The notes: generated by a model not told the origin, from the letters alone. 64,000 nt of DNA from an uncultured virus (IMG/VR IMGVR_UViG_3300042869_000764) (IMGVR_UViG_3300042869_000764); one strand, 5' to 3'. Positions 20,150 through 28,784 are shown, counted from the stretch's first letter. Numbers and translations are program-made.

Positions 20150-20606
20150 CGGTTTTTTGGCTAGCGCAGGCTCAATTTCGTGCGCTCTAAACCTGGTCTA
20201 CGTGTACACAGGGATGGAAAACCTTGCCGCAAAGGTGCTTAACCACTACCCGAAAGGATGACGATCGCTACCAAGACCTGCGATTTGGTTATTTGAAAAG
20301 AAAAACAAGGCAAAAAGAGGGGAAATAAGCCCCACGTTTGCAAACATGTTAGCGTATGTTTGTAAGCCGCCGTCATATAAAGACGCAGCTCGAGGTACCG
20401 GATGACCGCCTCTGTAATGCTGTAACGCTAGAGTGTACTGTGCAACTCGCATAATGCTCTTATCTTTGCCCGGCCTGGGCAAAGTGTGACTGAACAATCT
20501 GCATAATACTTGAATTGCTTCGCAATTACAATGTCAATAATTATTAAAAAGAAGACAATCGCGTTGAGCGACAAGCGAAAACGCAAACGAGCGCAAGCTC
20601 GTTTTT
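20150..20606 (+). ncRNA. Candidate large structured ncRNA
   Basis: Largest intergenic gap in the window, containing at least 10 stems; G-U pairs and GNRA loops favour the + strand; ends in a GCAA-loop hairpin with a U tract. Confidence 0.6.
20585..20606 (+). terminator. Probable intrinsic terminator or 3' hairpin of the candidate RNA
   Basis: AAACGAGC-GCAA-GCTCGTTT followed by TT. Confidence 0.6.
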
Positions 20607-20642
20607 AATAAATAAAGTTATACCTTTTAGGAATGCCTTGAT

Positions 20643-21614
20643 ATGAGAATTAATGAACTATTAACCGAATCAGAAACCCAACATCTTGAAGAAGGACCTA
20701 TTTTAAATAAGATCGGTTCAGTTGTAGGTAATGCTGCCCGTGGTGTAGCTAACACTGTAGGAGCTGTAGCAGGTGGGGTAGCAGGTGCTGGTCGTGCTAT
20801 GAAGAAAGGATATCAAGCTGGCAAAGCATTTGTAGGCGATGATCCTGATCCTAATAAAGGACAGCCTGGGTATGATGCAGGTGGAGCGCCAACAGCACCA
20901 AGTGGCGGAACTCCTTCAGCAAAAGATATCAATGCGCAAGGTCCTACAGGTACAGCACCTGCTGTGGCACAAACAGGAGCAGCTGGCGCTGCGTTAGCTA
21001 AAACAACCGCAGCAGTAGACAAACAGACTACTGCCAAAGCAGGACAAACAGTCTACGCACAAGTAAAAGCCAACGTAGACAAGTTAGATAAGAAAGGCAA
21101 GCAGAGAATTTTACAGTTGTTGCAGAAATCGATGGCAACACCTGATCCTAAACCAGCTGTAGGAGCAGCACCGGCAGCGACAACTCCCCCAGCAGCGGGA
21201 GCCGCAGCAGCACCAGCTGCTGAACCAACAACGGCAGCAGCGGCAGATGCGGGAGCCGCAGCAGCACCAGCTAACACCATGGCCAATGCACCAGTTAGTG
21301 CCACAAACACCGCGGCTGCAGATAATCCCAATCAACCTCAAACCAAGAAAAGAGGCGGCAGAGTAGCGGGTCAAGTAAGTCAAACACCAAATGCTATACG
21401 TAAACGTGAAAAACGTCAAGCGGCAGCTGCTGCTAGTTCCACCGGCAACAAAGTGATGGCTAATATGGCTAATCAATTATCTCAACAAAATGCCAGCAAG
21501 ATTAATCATGGAAATACACTGTCAGAAGCTTTGGCTCAACGAGTGGAAATGCACAAGCAAAAAATGTTTGAAACCGGATTATCACAAGGCACGATCAGCG
21601 TATTTAGAAAATGA
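20643..21614 (+). CDS. Ala/Pro/Gly-rich hypothetical protein, putative internal head protein
   Basis: MRINELLTE...HLEE N-terminus, TAAATA at 20609-20614, perfect 24-nt repeat at 21195-21218 and 21249-21272, basic KKRGGR patch. Confidence 0.6.
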   Translation: MRINELLTESETQHLEEGPILNKIGSVVGNAARGVANTVGAVAGGVAGAGRAMKKGYQAGKAFVGDDPDPNKGQPGYDAGGAPTAPSGGTPSAKDINAQGPTGTAPAVAQTGAAGAALAKTTAAVDKQTTAKAGQTVYAQVKANVDKLDKKGKQRILQLLQKSMATPDPKPAVGAAPAATTPPAAGAAAAPAAEPTTAAAADAGAAAAPANTMANAPVSATNTAAADNPNQPQTKKRGGRVAGQVSQTPNAIRKREKRQAAAAASSTGNKVMANMANQLSQQNASKINHGNTLSEALAQRVEMHKQKMFETGLSQGTISVFRK

Positions 21615-22036
21615 AAATACGTGACATTGTGGTTGAAGTTGGACCAGTGGCCTACGAAAAAGGCAAGTCTAAGATGGACAAAGTGTTAAGTCCTAGTAAA
21701 TGGCTTGATGGCACCAACGCTAAACTACAGTATGACAAAGGTGCAGACAAGATGGACAAGCTATTAACTCCGTCTAGATGGTTTGAACCATCCGGCACTG
21801 AAAAATCTAAAACCAAATCCAATGCAGCTCCCGCTGACACTACAGAACTTAAGACCCTGATTGATCAAGCCATGTCCGGCAAGTCGTTGGACACAGCAAG
21901 TCTACAAAAATTAAGAACTTACCGTGGAGATATCAGTGATAAAGAATTAGGTGCTACCGTTGACAAAGTGCTGCGAGGCAGACCTCTTGATAGTCAAGAC
22001 TTGTTTGCTCTAAAGTCTTATAGAAACACGCTCTAA
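21611..22036 (+). CDS. Hypothetical protein, putative internal head protein
   Basis: MKIRDIVVE N-terminus; internal duplication YEKGKSKMDKVLSPSKW / YDKGADKMDKLLTPSRW; ATGA overlap with upstream gene. Confidence 0.6.
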   Translation: MKIRDIVVEVGPVAYEKGKSKMDKVLSPSKWLDGTNAKLQYDKGADKMDKLLTPSRWFEPSGTEKSKTKSNAAPADTTELKTLIDQAMSGKSLDTASLQKLRTYRGDISDKELGATVDKVLRGRPLDSQDLFALKSYRNTL

Positions 22037-22263
22037 AAGAAAGGTAGTCCTGTTTTTCTTGTAGTTTCGAGATTTTCTTTAACAATCTCTGCAATTATTT
22101 CTCGCTCGTCCCAGCTCATGTGCATAACTTCAGCAAAACTGAGTCCACGCATGTACCAACACAGTTTCATGCATTCTTTTTTGAGATCCTTGCCTTCTTT
22201 ATCTAAGCGATCAGATTCCCGTAAAATCTCCGGCAAGGATAACGTTAAGATTTTACGGCGAAA
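22033..22263 (-). CDS. Small hub/tail assembly ORF, probably the -1 frameshift extension of the upstream gene
   Basis: The -1 frame is open from the slippery site (FRRKILTLSLPEILRE...MSWDEREII...GLPFF); the track start is only a TTG at 22236 buried inside a hairpin. Confidence 0.7.
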   Translation of the reverse strand, partial: FRRKILTLSLPEILRESDRLDKEGKDLKKECMKLCWYMRGLSFAEVMHMSWDEREIIAEIVKENLETTRKTGLPFF

Positions 22264-22269
22264 AAATTT
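22219..22269 (-). promoter_or_regulatory. Programmed -1 ribosomal frameshift cassette
   Basis: In-frame A AAT TTT heptamer (22269-22263), then CCGTAAAATCT/AGATTTTACGG 11-bp stem (22258-22248 and 22229-22219). Confidence 0.75.
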
Positions 22270-23108
22270 GCCTGATCCATTGTAATAGGCAAGCTAAATG
22301 ACTTATTACATTCTCCACAGGTAACGTTTTGTGCTTCAAACTGAATGTTGTCTTTCATCTGTATCACATGGTTCTGTATTTTTTCAAATACATCTTTGGC
22401 ACAGTTTGCAATAAACTCTTTGATCATAGCTTGATCAGTAACAGTGCCTTCTGGTGCATCTATGGCAGTGATACAGTCTGCAATGATATCCACTGTGAGT
22501 TCTGTGAGCTTGATAAAACTAGCGCCAAATCTTTCTAGTTTGACTTCGTCTGTGAGGGTGTCATCATTGATGATCTGGAATATTCTCTGCTGCTCCATGG
22601 TTTGGATTGCAGTTTTTGTGACTTCTTTGTAGGTATACGGACGCACATGCACTGTTAGTTGATCTATTGGTATGTCTTTTTCGTATTGGAAATTGTTGAA
22701 CACACCAAACCAAGCAGTGAGATCGATGTCGTAGCTGTTTTCAGCTTCACAATGAGGACAGTTACACCCCACTTCCATCTTGTCTCCGTAGGTAGCAATG
22801 CGTATGGCTATCAGAGCAAAGTCTAGATCTATGTTTGGCATAGCCCAGGGATTGGTTATCGCTGGAATACAGCTCTTGATCAATTCCACAGTGCTTTGTC
22901 CGCTTAACAAGGCATCCGGAGTTTTAAACAGTAGTTCATCTTTGGCAGTCATTGCATAAACAGGATATTCTCCGTTGGCACTGACATCCAAACTGCCAGG
23001 TGGATAGAACTCGCCCTTGCTTGGTAGTTTGACATAGATCTTTGGCTGTCTATAAAAGCTGGCCAGCGGGTTCTTTTTTGGCTGACTGTAATTAGGAATT
23101 TGGTCCAT
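22245..23108 (-). CDS. gp26: Baseplate hub / tail assembly chaperone, T4 gp26-like
   Basis: LPSKGEFY, MTAKDELL, DLDFALIAIRIATYG, CPHC and CGEC motifs, ends NFF. Confidence 0.7.
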   Translation of the reverse strand: MDQIPNYSQPKKNPLASFYRQPKIYVKLPSKGEFYPPGSLDVSANGEYPVYAMTAKDELLFKTPDALLSGQSTVELIKSCIPAITNPWAMPNIDLDFALIAIRIATYGDKMEVGCNCPHCEAENSYDIDLTAWFGVFNNFQYEKDIPIDQLTVHVRPYTYKEVTKTAIQTMEQQRIFQIINDDTLTDEVKLERFGASFIKLTELTVDIIADCITAIDAPEGTVTDQAMIKEFIANCAKDVFEKIQNHVIQMKDNIQFEAQNVTCGECNKSFSLPITMDQANFFAVKS

Positions 23109-23119
23109 TTTATCTCCGG

Positions 23120-23148
23120 TAAATATATAATACGCAAGTGTATTTATA
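23120..23148. promoter_or_regulatory. Pair of oppositely oriented late promoters
   Basis: TAAATA (+) at 23120-23125 toward the tape measure gene; perfect T4 late TATAAATA (-) at 23148-23141 toward gp26. Confidence 0.65.
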
Positions 23149-23176
23149 TGCGCATTTATCCAGGAAAAAATAAGCC

Positions 23177-26143
23177 ATGGCAGTAATGATCGACATCCCA
23201 GGAATTGGCCAAGTTGAAGCTCAAAATGCAGCTTCCGAAGCCACGCTCAAGGCCTTACTTGCTGTAATGAGTAGCGGTGGTGGCCGTGGTGGCGCAGCAG
23301 GTGGTGGCGCAGCAGGTGGTGGCGCAGCAGGTAGTAGAGCAGGTGGCGGCGGAGCAGGTGGCGGCGGAGCAGGAGGTGGCGGTGCGTTAGGACTTGCTTC
23401 TGCTGCGGTCAGTAAATCTTTTAAAGGTGTAGGATTCATGGCCGGTATGGCTGTGGTTGGCATAGGCAAACTTAAAGATACTGCTATACAGACAGCTGGC
23501 GCCTATGTAAAATTTAGTGATACTGTGACAGGAGCAGTAGAATCATTGTCAAGATTGGACGGAAGTGCTACTGGTGCAGCACAAATGTTCAGCAGTATTC
23601 CGATATTCGGCAAGCTGTTTAGTGCAGTAGCAGGTGCAGCTGATGACGTAACTAAATCGTTTGTAGCTGTGTCACAGACCGGTGCTACATTTGGAGGCAG
23701 TATTAGTAATTTTGCCACAGCTGCTTCTCAAGCAGGTATGTCTATGGCAGAGTTTGGATCTATGATTCAGAAGAACAGTAATGCTATGACTGCTTTTGGA
23801 ACCACTACAGAAGGTGGTGCAAGTAATTTTGCTCGAGTGTCAAAACAACTACGTAGTACCAGCAGTGAATTATATGCGTTGGGATTCAGCACACAAGATA
23901 TCAATCAAGGATTAGCTAGTTACGGTGCATTGATGAAGGCTCAAGGTCTGCAAGGTAAGAAGTCCAATGCAGAATTGGCACAAGGTGCAAAAAGTTATCT
24001 TAAAGAGATGGATCTATTAGCAAAAGTCACTGGACAATCAAGAGCCGATATAGAAAAATCAAGAGAAGCGATGGCTAAAGATGCACAGTTTCAAGCATCT
24101 ATGCAAGGGTTAGGTGAAGGTGTAAGAAACAGTTTCATGTCGGTAACTGATGGATTGCAAGATACTGGACTGAAAAATTTTGCCAAAGACATCATGGCCA
24201 CTGGCACAGCAACCACAGAAGAAAATCAAAAGCTCATGGCAATGATGCCTCAAAGCGCAGCTATGCTGCAGAGAATGAATCAAAAGATGCAGCGTGGCGA
24301 GGCAGTGACCTTGGAAGAACGCAACGCTCTTAACAACATGATGAAGTCTGAAGGTGGAAAAAATCTTCAAAATATCAAATCTGCAGCAGCAGCCAATTCT
24401 GAGCTAGCAGGATTGACAAATTCTTTAGCTGCTACTCAGTCTCTAAACAAAGATTCTCTACTAGAAGCCACAGAAGAACAGAAAAAAGCAGCTGCTGAAA
24501 CAGACAAGATGAATCAAAAGATGCAGCAGTTCCAGGCTGCAATCGCAGAAGTAGGTAACAAATTCAAGATGCTGTTGGCTAACAGTGGCATATTAGACTA
24601 CCTAATCAGTGCGTTTGGCACAGTGGCTAATCTCGCAGAAAAATATTTGGTACCTGCTTTTAACCTTGTAGTGTCGGTGGCCATGAAGATATGGGAAGGC
24701 ATGAGTCTATTGTTGGCTCCTGTGATAGATTACCTCAGTGAAAAATTTGGTGCTTCGGGGTTAGGCGGTACAGTCGAATTCATTGACGGTATTATGAATG
24801 CTGTGTTTCCGGTTCTAGGCGGTTTAGTTAGGGGAGCTATATTGGCCTTTGACGGATTGTATAATGGCGTGATGCAGATCATTCAACCTTTGAAAGAATT
24901 AATGAGCAACATATTTGGAGTTTCAGAAAGCACAGGAGGGTTCGGTGAGATATTAATTAAAGTAGGTGCATTTGTAGGAGAAGCGTTCCAAGTGCTAGGT
25001 ACGGCTGTAGGAGTGCTAATTAAAGTGTTCGATTTTATGTTCACTCCAATTATCAAAGCAGTGGTAGCTATACTTGGTGGTATGTGGACGGTTGTCAAGG
25101 ACGTGATTAATGGCTTGGCAAAATTTATGGATATTATTCAAGATGTGGGATCATTCTTTGATGATTTAATGGATCAAATTTTATTTGCTATAGGAAAATT
25201 AACTAAAGGCCTAGCAGGTATCAGTGAAAAAGAATATGCCGAACGTAAAGAACAATCCGATCAGCGTAAAAAAGATCGAGCTGAAGAAAGAGCATTGCGT
25301 AAAACCAACAATGACGAACTGACTAAAGCACAGATAACCGGTTTGAAAAAAGACGAAGCTCAATTTAAAGAAAAGAAACTTACCCATGATAGACTCACAA
25401 CCGGAGCAAAAAAAGAAGCAGAAGCCAAAGAAGCTGCGGTAAAGGCTCAAGAAAAATTATTAGACTACAGTGCAGGACCAGAAGAACTGTTGAAACAGTT
25501 CAGCGGTAAGCAAGGCGGCGCTGTAGAAATTGGAATTAAAAAACAGGAAATTGGCAAAGAAAAAGATGCTGCTAACAAAGAACTAACAGAAGCCAAAACC
25601 ACAGCTGAAAAGAAAGCAGCTATTGAAAAAGTTGAAGCAGCCGAAAAGAAATTAGAAGCACTTACTAAAGCAGAAAAGGCTCAAAAAGAAGCAGAAAAAC
25701 AACAAATAATTAAAGATTTTGAAAAGTCTGGCAACGAAAAAGCCGATGCAGAAGCTAAGGAAAAAGCGGCAGTCCCAGCACCAGCTAAACCTCAACCTAC
25801 CACAGCTCCTACAGATAAACCAGCGGTCCCAGCATCAGCTAAACCTCAACCTACCACACAAACTGACGCAGGCAAAAAAGCTCTTGAAGCAGATGCCGAA
25901 AAGAAAAAACAAGAAGCAGATGCCAAAGCCAAAACAGATGCAGAAGCCAAAGCTAAAGAAGAAGCGGCAGCTAAAGAAAAACAAGAACAAGATAAAAAAT
26001 CTCAAGAATCACCTTCTACACTGCTCGCGGAGTTAAATACTAAGATGGCACAATTAATAAAACTGCAGGCGCAGACCACTACAAACACTTATGAAAATGT
26101 AATGGCTACAAAAGGCCTTAACAAGAATCTATACAAAGCATGA
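23177..26143 (+). CDS. Tail tape measure protein (putative)
   Basis: 988 aa, helical and Ala/Gly-rich with a long amphipathic/hydrophobic segment and charged C-terminus; adjacent to the chaperone pair. Confidence 0.7.
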   Translation: MAVMIDIPGIGQVEAQNAASEATLKALLAVMSSGGGRGGAAGGGAAGGGAAGSRAGGGGAGGGGAGGGGALGLASAAVSKSFKGVGFMAGMAVVGIGKLKDTAIQTAGAYVKFSDTVTGAVESLSRLDGSATGAAQMFSSIPIFGKLFSAVAGAADDVTKSFVAVSQTGATFGGSISNFATAASQAGMSMAEFGSMIQKNSNAMTAFGTTTEGGASNFARVSKQLRSTSSELYALGFSTQDINQGLASYGALMKAQGLQGKKSNAELAQGAKSYLKEMDLLAKVTGQSRADIEKSREAMAKDAQFQASMQGLGEGVRNSFMSVTDGLQDTGLKNFAKDIMATGTATTEENQKLMAMMPQSAAMLQRMNQKMQRGEAVTLEERNALNNMMKSEGGKNLQNIKSAAAANSELAGLTNSLAATQSLNKDSLLEATEEQKKAAAETDKMNQKMQQFQAAIAEVGNKFKMLLANSGILDYLISAFGTVANLAEKYLVPAFNLVVSVAMKIWEGMSLLLAPVIDYLSEKFGASGLGGTVEFIDGIMNAVFPVLGGLVRGAILAFDGLYNGVMQIIQPLKELMSNIFGVSESTGGFGEILIKVGAFVGEAFQVLGTAVGVLIKVFDFMFTPIIKAVVAILGGMWTVVKDVINGLAKFMDIIQDVGSFFDDLMDQILFAIGKLTKGLAGISEKEYAERKEQSDQRKKDRAEERALRKTNNDELTKAQITGLKKDEAQFKEKKLTHDRLTTGAKKEAEAKEAAVKAQEKLLDYSAGPEELLKQFSGKQGGAVEIGIKKQEIGKEKDAANKELTEAKTTAEKKAAIEKVEAAEKKLEALTKAEKAQKEAEKQQIIKDFEKSGNEKADAEAKEKAAVPAPAKPQPTTAPTDKPAVPASAKPQPTTQTDAGKKALEADAEKKKQEADAKAKTDAEAKAKEEAAAKEKQEQDKKSQESPSTLLAELNTKMAQLIKLQAQTTTNTYENVMATKGLNKNLYKA
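23286..23367 (+). repeat. In-frame 15-bp tandem repeats (Gly/Ala linker)
   Basis: GTGGTGGCGCAGCAG x3 (23286-23330) and AGCAGGTGGCGGCGG x2 (23338-23367). Confidence 0.9.
25772..25858 (+). repeat. 33-bp direct repeat in tape measure C-terminus
   Basis: GTCCCAGCA(C/T)CAGCTAAACCTCAACCTACCACA at 25772 and 25826, one mismatch. Confidence 0.9.
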
Positions 26144-27846
26144 GCTGGAAAAAATACTTTACCCCTGTTAACATAGATAACACCAGCGGCTCTATGAGTC
26201 CAATCAGTGGTCGCGGCCGTCCAGGTCCTGCTCGTGCTAATTATTCCAGCTATCTACCAGATGTTTACGCAGGTAGTCCCAATCGTGTAGAACGATACAT
26301 GCAGTATGATACCATGGACATGGACTCGGAAGTCAATGCTGCTTTGGACATACTCACAGAATTCTGTACACAAAAAGACAAAGAAAACGCCACACCGTTT
26401 CATACATTTTTCCGTGGTGAGCCCACTGCCACTGAAGTCAAGATACTCAAAGACAGCCTACAGAAGTGGTGCAAACAGAACAGCTTTGAAACCAGAATCT
26501 TCCGCATACTACGCAACGCATTCAAATACGGAGACTGCTTTTTTATTCGTGATCCAGAAACCAAAAAATGGTTGTTTGTGGATGCTTCTAAAGTCACTAA
26601 GATAATTGTTAACGAATCAGAAGGCAAGATTCCCGAGCAGTATGTGATCCGTGATATCAACTTCAACTTCAAAGAATTCATAGCTACCACACCACAAAAT
26701 ACCACAAACACAGCTCCAAGTGGTACTAGTTCATATCAGACAGGTGGTGGTTTTGCCCGCGGCTTTGCAGGTGATGCAGCACGTTCAGTAGGCACAAGAT
26801 TCAGTAATCAGACCAATGAAATAACAGTGGATGCCAAACATGTTATTCATATTTCATTGTCAGAAGGACTAGATAATAACTATCCTTTTGGTAATAGTCT
26901 ATTAGAATCAGTGTTCAAAGTCTACAAGCAGAAAGAATTGCTTGAAGATGCTATTATTATCTATCGTATACAACGTGCTCCAGAAAGACGAATTTTCTAT
27001 GTAGACGTTGGAAATATGCCGGCACACATGGCTATGAGCTTTGTTGAACGTGTTAAAAATGAAATTCAACAACGACGTATTCCTTCATCAACGGGTGGCG
27101 GAGCAAATGTCATAGACGCTAGTTATAATCCACTAAGTGTAAACGAAGACTACTTCTTCCCACAGACCGCCGAAGGTCGTGGATCAAAAGTAGAAACATT
27201 GCCTGGAGGTACAAATCTTGGCGAAATTACAGATTTACGTTATTTTACTAACAAACTGTTTAGGGCTCTTCGCATCCCTGCTAGCTATTTGCCCACAGCT
27301 ATCGACGAGCAAGCCAACACTGTATCAGACGGCAAAGTAGGCACAGCTTACATACAAGAATTGAGATTTAACGAATACTGCAAACGTCTACAGAGTATTA
27401 TAGTAGAAACATTTGATCTTGAATTCAAGCTGTGGCTTAATGATCAAGGTGTAAACATTGATAGTGGACTGTTTGAACTTAAATTCAATCAGCCGCAGAA
27501 TTTTGCTGCTTATCGTCAAAGTGAATTAGACACAGCTAGAGCAGCTACATTTTCACAGGTGGTACAGATTCCGCATCTCAGCAAGCGTTTTGCCATGAAA
27601 CGATTCTTAGGCATGACTGAAGATGAGATCAAAGAAAATGAAAAACTGTGGCGTGAGGAAAACGGTTCTAATATCAAAGCACCTGCCGATGCACAGAGTC
27701 AGTTGAGAGGCATAGGTGTAACACCAGGAGGCATGGCTGCAGATGTTGGAACTCAAGAAGCAGAAGCACCTTTAGATATGGCAGCTGCCGCAGAGCCAGG
27801 CGCAGATGCCGGGGCAGAAGCAGCACCAGAAGCACCAGTTCAGTAA
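26140..27846 (+). CDS. gp20: Portal protein, T4 gp20-like
   Basis: LLEDAIIIYRIQRAPERRIFYVDVGNMP, EDYFFP...GRGSKVETLPGG. Confidence 0.95.
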   Translation: MSWKKYFTPVNIDNTSGSMSPISGRGRPGPARANYSSYLPDVYAGSPNRVERYMQYDTMDMDSEVNAALDILTEFCTQKDKENATPFHTFFRGEPTATEVKILKDSLQKWCKQNSFETRIFRILRNAFKYGDCFFIRDPETKKWLFVDASKVTKIIVNESEGKIPEQYVIRDINFNFKEFIATTPQNTTNTAPSGTSSYQTGGGFARGFAGDAARSVGTRFSNQTNEITVDAKHVIHISLSEGLDNNYPFGNSLLESVFKVYKQKELLEDAIIIYRIQRAPERRIFYVDVGNMPAHMAMSFVERVKNEIQQRRIPSSTGGGANVIDASYNPLSVNEDYFFPQTAEGRGSKVETLPGGTNLGEITDLRYFTNKLFRALRIPASYLPTAIDEQANTVSDGKVGTAYIQELRFNEYCKRLQSIIVETFDLEFKLWLNDQGVNIDSGLFELKFNQPQNFAAYRQSELDTARAATFSQVVQIPHLSKRFAMKRFLGMTEDEIKENEKLWREENGSNIKAPADAQSQLRGIGVTPGGMAADVGTQEAEAPLDMAAAAEPGADAGAEAAPEAPVQ

Positions 27847-27856
27847 TAAATACATT

Positions 27857-28108
27857 ATGCTTCTTAACGAATTCTTTTATTTCAACGAAAAAAACAACGA
27901 CTTTGCTCAAGATCGTAGATATGAATCCAGCAGAGATCGCAGCATCATTGACAAAAAAGACACCAGAAAGATACGTCTTACGCTGCGACAAATCAATCAA
28001 CTGAGGCTTCAAAGCGAAGCACATCAATTAGAATCACAATCTGAACTGGACTTTATAAGACAAATGTATGGAACTCCAGTTGGCGAAGAAGCAGCATCTG
28101 CACAATAA
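27857..28108 (+). CDS. Small head-associated hypothetical protein (83 aa)
   Basis: Start moved to ATG 27857 (MLLNEFF), just after TAAATA and clear of the portal gene; RLTLRQINQLR...QMYG. Confidence 0.65.
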   Translation: MLLNEFFYFNEKNNDFAQDRRYESSRDRSIIDKKDTRKIRLTLRQINQLRLQSEAHQLESQSELDFIRQMYGTPVGEEAASAQ

Positions 28109-28724
28109 CCCCGCGTTTGTTATAGGCAACGGCACCAGTCGACAGTGCTTGAACCTGCGATCTCTAATAAACAAAGGTGTGACCTACGGCTGTAATGCAC
28201 AGTATCGTGAGTTTGAACCTCACTATTTAATAGCTGTAGATGTGAAAATGGTCAACGAAATCATCGAGTCTGGCTATAACAAAAAACATCAAGTTTGGAC
28301 TAATCCCAATAAAGGCATACAAACCAAACATGGTGTAAATTTTTTCAGTCCGCACAAAGGCTGGAGTTCAGGACCCACAGCACTATGGTTTGCAGCCACC
28401 CAAGAACATAAAAGCATCTACATTTTTGGATTTGACTATCAAGGGCTGAACGGTAAATTCAACAACATTTACGCAGACACATTCAACTATAAAAAATCAA
28501 CAGATGCAGCAACTTATCATGGCAATTGGCTGAGTCAAACTGAAAAAGTAATCAAAGAATTCCGTCACACACATTTTTTTAGAGTCATAGAACCTGGAGC
28601 ATTTATACCGGACAGACTAGGACCTGCTCTGACCAATCTCAGTCATATCACCTACGATGAATTTAGTAGAAGTTTTCCTGATACTATATATTCAGATCAA
28701 ATCAATCAAAAAACTACCATTTAA
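28068..28724 (+). CDS. Sialyltransferase (GT42/CstII)- or MAF_flag10-like protein
   Basis: FVIGNGTSR, YGCNA, SSGPTAL, IYIFGFDY parallel CstII GNGPSL, CN, TSG, IYLSGIDFY; start uncertain. Confidence 0.6.
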   Translation: MELQLAKKQHLHNNPAFVIGNGTSRQCLNLRSLINKGVTYGCNAQYREFEPHYLIAVDVKMVNEIIESGYNKKHQVWTNPNKGIQTKHGVNFFSPHKGWSSGPTALWFAATQEHKSIYIFGFDYQGLNGKFNNIYADTFNYKKSTDAATYHGNWLSQTEKVIKEFRHTHFFRVIEPGAFIPDRLGPALTNLSHITYDEFSRSFPDTIYSDQINQKTTI

Positions 28725-28784
28725 CACCGGTTTGTAATCTTCGTGTTAAATAAACAACAGCCCATACCATTTGAGGAGAATACC

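Noticed and set aside
20246..20497. 83-aa minus-strand ORF in the non-coding tract
   Set aside because: No recognisable motif or RBS, opposite to flanking genes; dense base-pairing explains the region better
20150..20606. Group I/II intron, tmRNA, RNase P or hammerhead identity for the structured tract
   Set aside because: No interrupted gene and none of the diagnostic cores (P7 elements, domain V, tRNA-like ends, GAGGAAAGUCC, CUGAUGA) recognised by eye; a covariance-model scan is still needed
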